From positions 317,904 to 381,903 of the forward strand of contig DATKWK010000035.1 of NCBI GenBank assembly GCA_035529595.1: a DNA stretch of 64,000 nucleotides, read 5' to 3'. How positions within the stretch are numbered: position 1 is the stretch's first letter; the number at the start of each line of letters is the position of its first letter. The stretch is from Candidatus Bathyarchaeia archaeon. Lineage in GTDB: Bacteria; Patescibacteriota; Microgenomatia; PFEM01; JAFGMK01. Below, piece after piece: positions 20,376-30,174 of this stretch. A model generated the notes under the pieces. The model was not told the origin of the DNA and searched no databases. It was given only the letters and a program-made list of their open reading frames with translations. The position numbers were made by a program, and so were the translations under genes.

Positions 20376-20462
20376 CTCTTTTCATCGCTCCAAGTCAAAC
20401 GTTTAATCTTTTCCAATTCTCGATGATAATCAACATTTGGCGATACCACCTTGTTTTTTACT

Positions 20463-21614
20463 TTAACCGTTTCCGTCCTTAAGTTGGGGAAGATCTAATC
20501 CCTTCAGCTGAGGAATAGCAGAAGTCCCCGCTAAACCCTGAATACTACCATAAATTCCCGCAGTGGACATTAATAACCTCTGTAGTTGTTTTTCCCTTTG
20601 CTTCCAAGCCTTCTCGAAAGAGGCTTTCTCTTGATTAAGCTGGCCCTGCATTTCTTGGAAAACCTCGACCAACGTTTCAACTTGTTGGCGGAATTCATGA
20701 CCAGTGATAAAATCGTAAATCAAGTCAGCTTTTCGGCCTTGATGTTCAGAAATCGCTTTCTGATAGCCTACATCCAAAATACTTTTTCTAAGAAGTATTG
20801 CCAGCGGAATAATTAATGGATGGCTGCAAATCCACACCCCCTCCTTAAGACCAATACCGGTTTTAGCTTCATCAGGAAGCCTTTGGCTAACAATCGCCGG
20901 AATATCGGCCTTTTCCCGCCGAAGATCGGTTTTCAGTTTACCGAGCCAGCCATCAGACCAAGCCTTGGTTCGCTTTGACTCCCAAAGAATAACTCCCCAA
21001 ACTCTACCTTTCGGACTCTTTACTATCTGACGGATATCTGCTCCCTTAACCCCCTTTTCTACCGGTTCTATTTTATCGTTGGGGAACTGTTTATTGAGAA
21101 TCTCCTCCAAATCAAGCTCTAAAACCTCTCCTTGCAGTTGCTGAGAGCCGACTTGAGCTTTTCTACGAAGTTCATCGACAGATTTTTTCAAGTCTCTAAT
21201 AATCTTTTGACTTTCAAGATCCTTATACCGATATTCCTCTTCCGCTTCCAGGCGAGCTTTTTCTCCGATATTTTTTCTTTCGGCATCTAACTTTCTTTGC
21301 GCTTCAAGCTCCAATTCTCTTTCTTTGTCCTCAAGCCGTCTTTTTTCTACCCGAAGCTGCAGTTCCTGCTCACGAAGTCCCTTGATTTTCTCTCTATCTT
21401 CTTGCACTTGCCTTTTAAGATCAGTAATTTCCAAAACGCCTTTTTCTTCAATTTCTCTTCGGATTTTTTCTTCCGCTTCTTTTTTGGCATTGACTATTTC
21501 CTGCTGATGTTTCGCCAGTACATCAGTCTTCACCTCGACTTCTATTTGCTGCCGAAAAGCCTCGGTTACTTCGACTTCTCTGCCACAATGGGGACATTTG
21601 ATAATATTGGCCAT
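20463..21614 (-). CDS. Coiled-coil protein with an N-terminal zinc ribbon (DUF2130-like).
   Basis: N-terminal CPHCG...(C at the C-terminal side). A long E/K/R-rich heptad region (aa 30-160). Globular C-terminal domain. Confidence 0.55.
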   Translation of the reverse strand: MANIIKCPHCGREVEVTEAFRQQIEVEVKTDVLAKHQQEIVNAKKEAEEKIRREIEEKGVLEITDLKRQVQEDREKIKGLREQELQLRVEKRRLEDKERELELEAQRKLDAERKNIGEKARLEAEEEYRYKDLESQKIIRDLKKSVDELRRKAQVGSQQLQGEVLELDLEEILNKQFPNDKIEPVEKGVKGADIRQIVKSPKGRVWGVILWESKRTKAWSDGWLGKLKTDLRREKADIPAIVSQRLPDEAKTGIGLKEGVWICSHPLIIPLAILLRKSILDVGYQKAISEHQGRKADLIYDFITGHEFRQQVETLVEVFQEMQGQLNQEKASFEKAWKQREKQLQRLLMSTAGIYGSIQGLAGTSAIPQLKGLDLPQLKDGNG

Positions 21615-22047
21615 ATAATCACTCTGGATGGAAAAGCTAAATTTACCAGATTATATTACAGTTTTATTAAATACTTATCAAAGCCGGCTACTTGGTATTT
21701 TTTTTCTCTTTTATGCATGGCATTATAGCAAGGGAAACGCTTTTCCAGTTTTAAAATTTTGGGAAAGTTCTTTCTATTCTCTAACTTTTCTAGCCAAGTT
21801 TTTTTCATAGCCGTAAAACATTTTGGTTATATGACATCATCTCAGTCGCTGTAATTAACATAGTCGCCGATCTGAATCTGGATTTCCAGAAACTAAAAGT
21901 CATCAACCAACTGGTAATAATTATTATTCCGAAAACAGTAATCAGTATTGGAATTTTGTTTTTCTGATGAATTTTCGGATCCAGTTTCATTGTTAAATTC
22001 TCAGATTTTTATTCCATTACGCCTAAGCCAGAATAAGCCGACTGATT

Positions 22048-22428
22048 TCAATTTCGATCTCTCGATTCCAAAGCTGAACTCTTTGGAACCCGGTATTTGG
22101 AATTAAGACTGGCAGCGTAATTAAAAGCATAAAAATAGTTATGCCATAGCTTGTCTGAAGAAGAGAATTGATTTTCGCCGAAAAAATAATCAACCAGAAC
22201 TTCGCGTAACCTGGTTAACTCACGTAATCTGTCTTTATTTTTCGCATCTTCAATCGTCAGGTCCAACAGTTCAAGGGTCCGGAAAAATGCCTTTTGACTG
22301 TATAAATTATTACCTTTCTTCTTCCATGAAATCGTTCTTTCTACTTCACTGCCAATATTGGCCATTTGCTCGATGAAGCTTAAAGTCTTCCAGCGACCGG
22401 AAGAGAGACTTTGGTGCTGATAAGTCAT
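22048..22428 (-). CDS. Hypothetical protein.
   Basis: 126-aa ORF with no overlaps. No motif recognised. Confidence 0.4.
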   Translation of the reverse strand: MTYQHQSLSSGRWKTLSFIEQMANIGSEVERTISWKKKGNNLYSQKAFFRTLELLDLTIEDAKNKDRLRELTRLREVLVDYFFGENQFSSSDKLWHNYFYAFNYAASLNSKYRVPKSSALESRDRN

Positions 22429-22755
22429 TTTTTGACTAAATTATTGATAATTGTGATTATTTTCTCCCGGATTCTCGGATCATCTACCCCCGGCTAAGAT
22501 TTGCTATTTTTTTTGACATCAACAACCGCTTTAATTAAATTTCCAAACATCCGTCCGGACATCTTTTTCAGTTCACTGACAGAAATTTGGCTGCTAATAA
22601 TTTTCATCAGTTAATACCAGACCTTAATTATGCTTCTTTCTGGCTGAGCCTTTCGGTTTAGACTAGTTCTATTCTTAAAATTCGCCTACTCTTAGTTTAT
22701 CACTTCAATAGTAAATGAGACAGTATAAAAAAGGGTACTTGGCTGATGATATAAT

Positions 22756-22941
22756 TTGTTTATGGATATTTTGATCGGAACTAAAAATGAATATAAAGCA
22801 ACGGAAATCGTCTCTCTTTTGAGAAATCTACCCAGGGTAAGAATTCACTTCTGGGAAGAACTTGGTTTAGAGATAAAAGTCGAAGAAAATCAAGCAACTC
22901 TTAGAAAATCAATCAGGTCCTTCTCATTCTCGGCCAAATAA
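22756..22941 (+). pseudogene. N-terminal fragment of a Ham1/RdgB-type non-canonical NTP pyrophosphatase (truncated).
   Basis: MFMDILIGTKNEYKATEIVSLL...EELGLEIKVEENQATL parallels the RdgB N-terminus (VVLATGNVGKVRELASLL...DLGVDSAEETGLTF), then diverges and stops at 61 aa. Its 3' end is overlapped by the convergent 22890-23342 gene. Confidence 0.4.
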
Positions 22942-23342
22942 TCAAAACAGCATCTAATCATTGGGTTTAGTTTTGCATCAAGAAAAGCCGCCCGGATATC
23001 AGTCTGTAAACCAATAATCAGTCTTTTCTTTTTCTGATTGATTTTTTGTTGATAGGCTATTCCCAGCTCAAAACAGGCCCCTTCATCCGGCACTCTGCCA
23101 TCAAGAATGAAAAGAAAAACATCCGACTCTTTAATTTTTTCAAGGTCCAGTTCAAACATTAGCTTTCTTCGTTTTTCCTTTGGCATCTTACTATAGAAAG
23201 TCTTGTTTTTTTCCACCCCATCTCTTTGGGGTAAAAACACTTTAAAACCCAAAGACTCAAGTTTATGGGTAAGATCGAGATTAAATTCTTTTTCCGCCTG
23301 AGAAAATAATAGTCCGGCAAAATAGATTTGTTTCATCGGCAT
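22890..23342 (-). CDS. Nucleoside 2-deoxyribosyltransferase-like protein.
   Basis: IYFAGLLFSQAE (YxAGxxF) and DGRVPDEGACFELGIAY (D.G..FELG.A) match the N-deoxyribosyltransferase/Rcl fold signature. Confidence 0.6.
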   Translation of the reverse strand: MPMKQIYFAGLLFSQAEKEFNLDLTHKLESLGFKVFLPQRDGVEKNKTFYSKMPKEKRRKLMFELDLEKIKESDVFLFILDGRVPDEGACFELGIAYQQKINQKKKRLIIGLQTDIRAAFLDAKLNPMIRCCFDYLAENEKDLIDFLRVA

Positions 23343-23469
23343 AGCTTAATACAGGTTGATTCTTGACCTGATATAGATTAATTTTATCACAGCAAACGAG
23401 TCTTTTTTTACTGCCTGATAAAAGCATAGAGAAATATACCTTAAAGACTGAGAGATTGCGTCGAGCTTT

Positions 23470-23736
23470 TTAACTGTATATTTCTTTTCTATGTCCGATT
23501 CTTAAAATAACAATCCTGCTCTTATCGATATCAAAAACAACACGATACTTTCCTATTCGCCAACGATATGATCCCAAAGAGGGCTTTATTAACTTTCTGG
23601 CATAAAAATAGGGTTTTTGGGAATAAAGCTCGATTTTCTTTTTGATTTTTTTCTTGACCACACGATCAAGTTTTTGAATATCTTTGACAGCGGTTTTTGT
23701 GTAAAGAAGATTAAATTTCGCCGAAAACTTGCTCAT
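23470..23736 (-). CDS. RelE/ParE-family type II toxin.
   Basis: 88 aa. C-terminal YRVVFDIDKSRIVILRIGHRKEIY is the typical RelE/ParE pattern. Overlaps the upstream antitoxin gene by 26 nt. Confidence 0.75.
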   Translation of the reverse strand: MSKFSAKFNLLYTKTAVKDIQKLDRVVKKKIKKKIELYSQKPYFYARKLIKPSLGSYRWRIGKYRVVFDIDKSRIVILRIGHRKEIYS

Positions 23737-23959
23737 GAGTAAATATTTCTCTTTTTTTATATTCTTTCCTTGCCTTTTTAATACTATTTAAATACTTTTT
23801 GTTGGCTAAAGCGAGTAAATCTTCAAACAATTCAATACTTACAAGTGCAGAACTAATTTCACCCCTTTTGGATACGAGTAAATAGTCTCTTTTTTTAGAA
23901 ACCTCATCAATGACATCAGCTAAATTATTTCTTAACGTAGTCGTACTAACAATATTCAT
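23711..23959 (-). CDS. Phd/YefM-family antitoxin.
   Basis: 82 aa. The opening TLRNNLADVIDEVSKKRDYLLVSKRGEISSALVSIELFEDLL is the classic Phd/YefM N-terminus. Confidence 0.8.
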   Translation of the reverse strand: MNIVSTTTLRNNLADVIDEVSKKRDYLLVSKRGEISSALVSIELFEDLLALANKKYLNSIKKARKEYKKREIFTHEQVFGEI

Positions 23960-24077
23960 GTTAGTTTTAACTTAACATTTAAAACGTACATTGTCAATTA
24001 TCAAAAGAATTCCAATCCTTTAATTTGCTATATGGTACAAGAATTAAAGCAACTGGAAAGTGTAAAACATTGAATTT

Positions 24078-24839
24078 TTATGGTTTTAAGAAATTAATCA
24101 AGGCCTGGGCAATCGCTTGGGCAGGGATTTGAGGGTTTTTAATTAGCATTCTCGCTTCAGTCGGATTGGTTAAAAAACCGGTCTCCAAAATCGCTGCCGG
24201 AGTCATCGGGTGGATGGCATGTTCAAATCTTCTCCAGGAAAAAGCGTAATAGCCGCTCATATTCATGGTAATGTTTGGGTCTTCATCAAAACCGGTAATT
24301 TTGGCGTATTCCTGTTTAATAAGGGCGATCAAACCATTTGCTTTTCCGGTCAGATCTCTTCTAGGGGCTGCGACTTTAAAGCCTGATGTTTTCGGACTGG
24401 TGCTGCCGTCAGCATGGATTGATACGAAGGCGTCTGCCCAGTAACTAGTCGGGACAGTTGCCGGTAAAATGTCAACGACAATGTCTTCTTTCTCAAGTAT
24501 TTTTTTGATTTCTTTACAAATCGCCAGATTTACTTCCCACTCGGCAGTATTACCGTTACTCGTCCCGCCACTGGTCTTTCTGAGCTTGACTAGTTCATCA
24601 GGCAATTCACTGTTTTTCCAATGTCCGGCTTGTAGCCCAACTCTTAACGGCCCTTCCGGGCGCACCCACTTTAAAAGATTGCCAAATCTGCCCAAATCCT
24701 GTTCGGTTCCGTCTTCCTCCTCAAAATAGGGAGGCGCACCGTAATTTGGAAAATTATACTGACGCCTTAAAGATAACAAACTTCCGCCAAAAATCACTAA
24801 AGCTACTAAGGTCAGACCTAGTAAAACTATTTTTTTCAT
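24078..24839 (-). CDS. N-acetylmuramoyl-L-alanine amidase (Amidase_3 family), secreted.
   Basis: Signal peptide MKKIVLLGLTLVALVIFG. GHW...EWEVNLAI...FVSIHADGS (sIHaDg) is Amidase_3-like. Confidence 0.7.
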   Translation of the reverse strand: MKKIVLLGLTLVALVIFGGSLLSLRRQYNFPNYGAPPYFEEEDGTEQDLGRFGNLLKWVRPEGPLRVGLQAGHWKNSELPDELVKLRKTSGGTSNGNTAEWEVNLAICKEIKKILEKEDIVVDILPATVPTSYWADAFVSIHADGSTSPKTSGFKVAAPRRDLTGKANGLIALIKQEYAKITGFDEDPNITMNMSGYYAFSWRRFEHAIHPMTPAAILETGFLTNPTEARMLIKNPQIPAQAIAQALINFLKP

Positions 24840-25172
24840 AAACTTTATTCAATAATTGATTAATGGTAAATAAGAATGATGAATAGTATAACAGCCTCCT
24901 GAAAATGAGCTGAGTTTAAATAGTTTATCATGGTTCTTCAACCAATCTTGCTATTCACCATCAATTTCTTTCTGATATCCGGTATCGATATACCCGAGTG
25001 CGCTTAACTCCAAAATTTTCTGAGGTTCTTTGACCGTACCAAGAGAAAGACATCTTGAAGACCTATATTAGGTGTCTGTTAATGTCTCAGCAAAAATTAA
25101 GATTATTTGGGTAATCTTAATATAGAAAGGAGGAGCATATAATGGACTGCCATCATCGCATAAGAGATAAAC

Positions 25173-25463
25173 CTAAGCGTGAGTACTATAACTGTTTCCA
25201 TTCCTGTTTTTCCCTTTTTTAAGAAAATCTACTAATATTTCAAGTCCTACAAGATAACTTTGCTCCTTGAGGCCAGAAATTTTTTGTAAAACAAGGCCGT
25301 CTAAAATATCAATCCGGCGAAATTTTTCTCTTTGATTAATTTTAGATAAATCGATTACACCAGTAATGTTGGTTAAGATATTCTTACCAATAATAATATC
25401 GCAAGCTAATGGCAATCTTGAGACTTCTATGTTTAATCTTTGAAGGTCACCCTTTTTAGCCAT
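25173..25463 (-). CDS. Hypothetical small protein.
   Basis: 96-aa ORF with no motif recognised. Confidence 0.35.
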   Translation of the reverse strand: MAKKGDLQRLNIEVSRLPLACDIIIGKNILTNITGVIDLSKINQREKFRRIDILDGLVLQKISGLKEQSYLVGLEILVDFLKKGKNRNGNSYSTHA

Positions 25464-25610
25464 TGAAAACTCCTTTGGTCCAACTGGTTAATATATAATC
25501 CCAAGTCGCCTACCATCTACACAAACTAACTCTATAAGTTATACTATAAACGGCAATAAATACCAAATAAATCGGTTTTTAAATAGTTCCCCAGCACCGT
25601 TTCGTGAAGT

Positions 25611-26084
25611 TTATTTAATCTGATTAATCTTGAGAAGATCCTTATCCTTGCGATTGAGAGTCCCAAGAATGAAGTAACCAAAATTTCCAAAAAAAGAATC
25701 CTTTAAATATTGAGATAAATCCGAAATTGAATTAAGCCTGATGATGGGAATCAGTTTAAGCGGCCTTTTTTCGGCAATCAAACAAACGACCTCGGAGGCA
25801 TTCTCGATCAGAGTATCTTTATCAATAAACATCAGCGTATAAACTCTCTCCTCAAAGTTACGATCCAGCATTAAAAATCTTACTCTCTCAGGCCGATTCG
25901 TATTGGTGATATTCCGCAACAACTCTTTTGTAGCTTCGACTTCCCGGTAATTCTTCCCAACAAGGCCTTTAATCTTATTTTTGACCGCATCGACCACCTC
26001 GGTTATTCTCTTGAAGCTGCCTAAAATTACTACCCCACTGATAATACTGGCATTATATTTTCTGACGATTTTCATGTTACTCAA
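25611..26084 (-). CDS. Hypothetical protein.
   Basis: 157-aa ORF. The overlapping plus-strand ORF is judged spurious. Confidence 0.45.
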   Translation of the reverse strand: MSNMKIVRKYNASIISGVVILGSFKRITEVVDAVKNKIKGLVGKNYREVEATKELLRNITNTNRPERVRFLMLDRNFEERVYTLMFIDKDTLIENASEVVCLIAEKRPLKLIPIIRLNSISDLSQYLKDSFFGNFGYFILGTLNRKDKDLLKINQIK

Positions 26085-26150
26085 GTATAGCAGATCTTAC
26101 AGCAATTATTTTGATTACAAGGGTGAAACACCTCGAGGGTATAAGTGTGT

Positions 26151-26771
26151 TCAATTAACCAAATCCATTAACGAATCAACTGTCATTTTTGCCCCAACTA
26201 AATCTTTTTTAGAGTGGGTGGTCGTTAAACCCAATGAAAATATTTTTGCTCTATTTAAAGCCTTTATTCCGGAAGGCGTATCTTCAATACCAATGGCATC
26301 ATCGGGTTTAAGTTTCATCCTTGAGAGTGCCGCCCGATAGCACTCCGGGTGAGGTTTACTCTGAACATACTGTTCGGCAGTGATTTGAACGCTAAAATAA
26401 TCTTCTAATCGATGATGCTTCAAAACCTCTTTAATAAGCACTTTTTCAAGTCCGGTCGTACAGGCAAGAATTGGTTTAGCGACTAATTTACCGATTTTAT
26501 TAAGCTGAATTCCACCCTGACTCACTTTGAAGATAAAATCATCCGGATTGGAGGTAAACCTGACTTTGACTTCCGAAAGCAGAGAAAGCATTCCACCTTT
26601 GATCGATTTCCCGCTAAAGTATCGCTTATAGGCGCTTTTGGTAAGATGATAACCGTAAGCTTTTAAAACCTTCCTGAACGCCTTAAAGTGAATCTCTTCT
26701 GTATCGATAATTACCCCATCAACATCGAATATTATCCCTTTAATCATAGATATATTTGTTCCCTGTAACAA
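26151..26771 (-). CDS. HAD-superfamily hydrolase (beta-phosphoglucomutase-like subfamily).
   Basis: Motif I IIFDVDGVIIDTE and downstream HAD motifs (SG at about aa 100; GIEDTPSGIKA motif IV region). Confidence 0.75.
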   Translation of the reverse strand: MLQGTNISMIKGIIFDVDGVIIDTEEIHFKAFRKVLKAYGYHLTKSAYKRYFSGKSIKGGMLSLLSEVKVRFTSNPDDFIFKVSQGGIQLNKIGKLVAKPILACTTGLEKVLIKEVLKHHRLEDYFSVQITAEQYVQSKPHPECYRAALSRMKLKPDDAIGIEDTPSGIKALNRAKIFSLGLTTTHSKKDLVGAKMTVDSLMDLVN

Positions 26772-26883
26772 AACAATGATAACTTCAAAGTGCCTCCGAC
26801 AATCTAAGAATATTATAACAGAGACGATAGAAGGAAAAACTTACACAAGCATCAAGGATAAATCATCTTGAATGTCTTATTTT

Positions 26884-28254
26884 TTAATAGTGAACTATCT
26901 GTCTTAATAATCGTTTGTGAAACTCGGTGATACGCTCATCGATCAAAATATCATTACGCCATATTCTTTTGGTCAAAATTATCCCCTCTAAACTCCGGCA
27001 CCGGCTCAGGGCGACATAAGTTTGGCCATGGGCAAAGGGCGACCGGCTGAAATCAACACAAACTTTATCCAGAGACATGCCCTGGCTTTTATGAACGGTA
27101 ATCGCCCAGGCTAGCCGGAGCGGATATTGTTTCAGTTTGCCGATGACTTTTTCCACGAGCCCTCCGGTTTCCTGATTATATTCGTATTCGATGTTGTCCC
27201 ACTCGTTGATATCGACCGCCACAATTTTTTTGGTTTCATTAATTTTGACCTCGATTAAATCCTCAGCCAACTCGTCAACCTTACCCAATGTCCCGTTTAC
27301 CCACCGTCTACCCGGATCGTTTTTGACAAATAAAACTCTCGCCCCTTTCTTAAGCTTTAATTCCAAATCAACCGGCAAATTCCGGTTCTCGGTCGGAAAG
27401 TCGCCCTCGATCGCCGCCTGGTAAACAAACAACGGCTTTTTTATCTTGTCGAGTTTTCTTTGATTAATTGCCTCGGCGGTTTTATTGACCGTGCATAAAA
27501 CAATATGGCTCCCGGGCGGTTGTTTGGCCGTTACTCTTTGATTAATTAAACTGAAAGTATCAGCAGAGACGTCACCCGATCTAACCTGGTTAAGGAATTC
27601 AATAAAATGAAGTTCCTTTTGCCGGAAAATTGTTTTTAGCTCAATCACATTAAAATCGTCCAGTTCAAAAGAATTGGCGCTGAAAAAATAGGGAGAATCA
27701 TAAAGCTGGCTATAGGTCGAGATATCCTGATAGGTAATCACCGGCGGCAGCTGGTATAAATCGCCGACGATAACTACTTGAATACCCCCAAACGGCAATC
27801 TTTCGTCCCGGCCATTAAGTCTTAAAAAACGGTCAACACCGTCAAACAGATCCGCCCTGACCATGGAGATCTCATCAATCACCAGGCAGTCCAAATCGGC
27901 AAAGATTCGCTTTCCGGTCCTCCTGATGGCTTTCGGTTCAATTAACCGGGGAGGAAAACCGAAAAATGAGTGGATTGTTTGCCCGCGGATATTTAAAGCG
28001 GCAATTCCGGTTGGTGCCAGGACGACCACTTTCTTTTTGGTCTGGTTACGGAAGTATTGGATCAGCATCGACTTGCCGGTCCCGGCTTTACCAATGATAA
28101 AGAGATTTTGGTTGGTATTCTCCAAGATCTCCAAGCACTTTTTATGTTCCTCCGTTAAGACATAGGCATTGTCTCTTTTAAACTTATTCAGAATCTTTTT
28201 AAAGATTTTGGGTTGGCTCATGTTTGTGTTTTCTTCATGTTTTAAAGTATACAC
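26884..28254 (-). CDS. PIF1/RecD-family SF1 DNA helicase. The start may instead be the internal ATG at 28221-28223.
   Basis: Walker A IIGKAGTGKSMLI, Walker B LVIDEISMV, and helicase motifs through the C-terminus (VHKSQGMSLD). The 28254 start is a GTG that overlaps a repeat element. Confidence 0.85.
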   Translation of the reverse strand: MYTLKHEENTNMSQPKIFKKILNKFKRDNAYVLTEEHKKCLEILENTNQNLFIIGKAGTGKSMLIQYFRNQTKKKVVVLAPTGIAALNIRGQTIHSFFGFPPRLIEPKAIRRTGKRIFADLDCLVIDEISMVRADLFDGVDRFLRLNGRDERLPFGGIQVVIVGDLYQLPPVITYQDISTYSQLYDSPYFFSANSFELDDFNVIELKTIFRQKELHFIEFLNQVRSGDVSADTFSLINQRVTAKQPPGSHIVLCTVNKTAEAINQRKLDKIKKPLFVYQAAIEGDFPTENRNLPVDLELKLKKGARVLFVKNDPGRRWVNGTLGKVDELAEDLIEVKINETKKIVAVDINEWDNIEYEYNQETGGLVEKVIGKLKQYPLRLAWAITVHKSQGMSLDKVCVDFSRSPFAHGQTYVALSRCRSLEGIILTKRIWRNDILIDERITEFHKRLLRQIVHY

Positions 28255-28369
28255 CAGAATTATCGGCTGTAGGCTGGATACTTTTTTAAATCAGGAGAAG
28301 GAAAAAGTTAAAAAAGGTAATTGAAGAAAATTTTACCGAGGTGCAATGGAAAAAGTACCTTGAAGGTGG
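28239..28369. repeat. Composite palindromic element, family A-pal (core GTTTTAAAGTATACACCAGAATTATCGGCTGTAGGCTGGATAC ... right end GTACCTTGAAGGTGG).
   Basis: Shares the AAGTATACACC..TCGGC core and the ACCTTGAAGGTGG hairpin end with copies at 32014, 33645, 37291, 38390 and 42316. Confidence 0.6.
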
Positions 28370-28581
28370 TTGCCTTATTTCAATCGGCAGCCCAAATTAC
28401 TAATGTTTTATGGTCACTTTCATTTACGAGTTTGATAATTTGTTTATCCATGCTCGTAACTGCTAATTTTGGACTTTCCATCTTATTTTTTGCCGGCTAA
28501 ACGTACTTTCTATAAAAAATTATATCAGTGTTAATAACTTTGAAGTAAAAAAGGGGATCTCGGGCTTAGATGATTTTAGAA

Positions 28582-29121
28582 CTAACTTTTTATCTTGCTA
28601 AGTTTTTCTTTGGCGATCTCAAATACTGGCTGGTGGTGAAATTTTACTTGTATGTTGTCATCAAGTTTAAGACTGACCATCGGAAACATCGGCTGATTCA
28701 TTTTACTTTTATCCCAAGCTAAGTGAGGGTATTTTTGGGTAAAAGATTCAAAGTCTTCGTCAATAATAAATTCCGCATGTTCTAATGCCGACGGGCAAAC
28801 TTGTTCTTCTTTTGGAGCGATTAATTCTAAGGCAGTAATAGAGTAGTTTTTATAAAACAGGGGTTGTTTGAGCATGAAAAGTCCAACCCGCCGGCCGCCA
28901 ACTAAGTTTTCGTCTAAAAAGTCTCCTTCTTTTTGTAACTCTTGTTTTAACTGGTCATAGTCCTCATTCGAGGAAGCCTGGTAACCAAGATGGTCCATTT
29001 CATACTGAGAAATATCGATACCAACCTCGTTTAGTTTTTGAAAGAAAAAGTTTAAGAAAGTAGTCTGGTCAAGTTTAATCATAGTGATGATTTTAACACC
29101 GGCGTGCCAAGGGTAAAACAA
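28582..29121 (-). CDS. Hypothetical protein. Its N-terminal third is duplicated at 33146-33408.
   Basis: 179 aa. Nucleotides 28836-29100 are near-identical to 33146-33400. Confidence 0.5.
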   Translation of the reverse strand: MFYPWHAGVKIITMIKLDQTTFLNFFFQKLNEVGIDISQYEMDHLGYQASSNEDYDQLKQELQKEGDFLDENLVGGRRVGLFMLKQPLFYKNYSITALELIAPKEEQVCPSALEHAEFIIDEDFESFTQKYPHLAWDKSKMNQPMFPMVSLKLDDNIQVKFHHQPVFEIAKEKLSKIKS

Positions 29122-29144
29122 CTGGGATACGTATTTTTATCGTT

Positions 29145-30152
29145 TCAGATTTTGGAAACTTCTTTATTAATCTCATCCTCGGAAAACTGGCTCAGACTAA
29201 GACCGAGAAAATGTTTTATTTGACCCGAATCCCAAGGATTTTTGAAGGGCAGGCTGGCGCCATGTTTTTCAAGCAGGGTGACTCCCAAAACATCGCCTGC
29301 CAAAACATCCTTGGAGGCCAGATAAACTTTGGTTTCGGCAATCTCCCCTTTAGAGGGACCGCCTCTGATAAGCGCCCGGGTGCCGTCAATGACCACCAGG
29401 CTTGGTTTGATCGCCAGAGAAATCTCGGCGATCATTTCCTCCCGATTTTTGGAGGCATGAAAGACCATCCGGTCGATCGGATCGATTAGACCAACCAGAT
29501 TTTTAATCGCTAAAGAATGGCCGGTAATCGAATGGGTATGTAAAACCGGAACCGAAATAATATGGTCAACCTCTTGCAGCCTTTTGGGGATTCTGAATCC
29601 GTTGGGCCAAAACTTCGCTTTTTCCGGAGAAACTCTGATCCATTCTTCATCTTCAAAGCCGACAATTTCATCCGCACCCGCTTCTTGGGCAGCGCTATAC
29701 ATTCCGGTCGTTTTCATTGCCGGAATCGTTTTCCAGTTGGGATTTGACCGATCACCAACAATCACATAAGCACCCCGGGCTTTGGCCAGCCGGACCACTT
29801 CCGCCAAAGCCTCAGGGTGGGTGGTTCCAGGCGCCGGATCATCACTGTTAACATTGGGTTTTATCAGAACCTTTTGGCCGGGTAAAATAAAATTCAGGTT
29901 GCCGGTTTTTTGGATGACTTCGTCAATTCCTCTAGCAATGTTGTCGGAATAAACGATTGAAGCAACTACCTGCTCTTCTTTTTGAGGAGTAACCGTAACT
30001 ACGTTTTTATCGCCGACAATATACTCATTCTCGGGTAAATTGAGGGCTTTACCGCCGAGGATTTTTTGATAAACATAGCTAAATCCGGCAAAAATCACTC
30101 CGGCAAAAAGGACAAAGATAATCTTCATTTTTTTAGAAATTTGGATAGCCAT
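29145..30152 (-). CDS. Exported or membrane-anchored hypothetical protein (DUF362-like?).
   Basis: N-terminal signal/TM segment MKIIFVLFAGVIFAGFSYV. 335 aa. No catalytic motif identified confidently. Confidence 0.45.
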   Translation of the reverse strand: MAIQISKKMKIIFVLFAGVIFAGFSYVYQKILGGKALNLPENEYIVGDKNVVTVTPQKEEQVVASIVYSDNIARGIDEVIQKTGNLNFILPGQKVLIKPNVNSDDPAPGTTHPEALAEVVRLAKARGAYVIVGDRSNPNWKTIPAMKTTGMYSAAQEAGADEIVGFEDEEWIRVSPEKAKFWPNGFRIPKRLQEVDHIISVPVLHTHSITGHSLAIKNLVGLIDPIDRMVFHASKNREEMIAEISLAIKPSLVVIDGTRALIRGGPSKGEIAETKVYLASKDVLAGDVLGVTLLEKHGASLPFKNPWDSGQIKHFLGLSLSQFSEDEINKEVSKI

Positions 30153-30174
30153 AGATCGAATATCAGCTTGTTAA

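Noticed and set aside
21297-21810. Plus-strand ORFs 21297-21728, 21325-21507 and 21628-21810.
   Set aside because: They are antisense to the repetitive coiled-coil gene. E/K-rich codon repeats generate long open antisense frames rich in F/S/L. Spurious.
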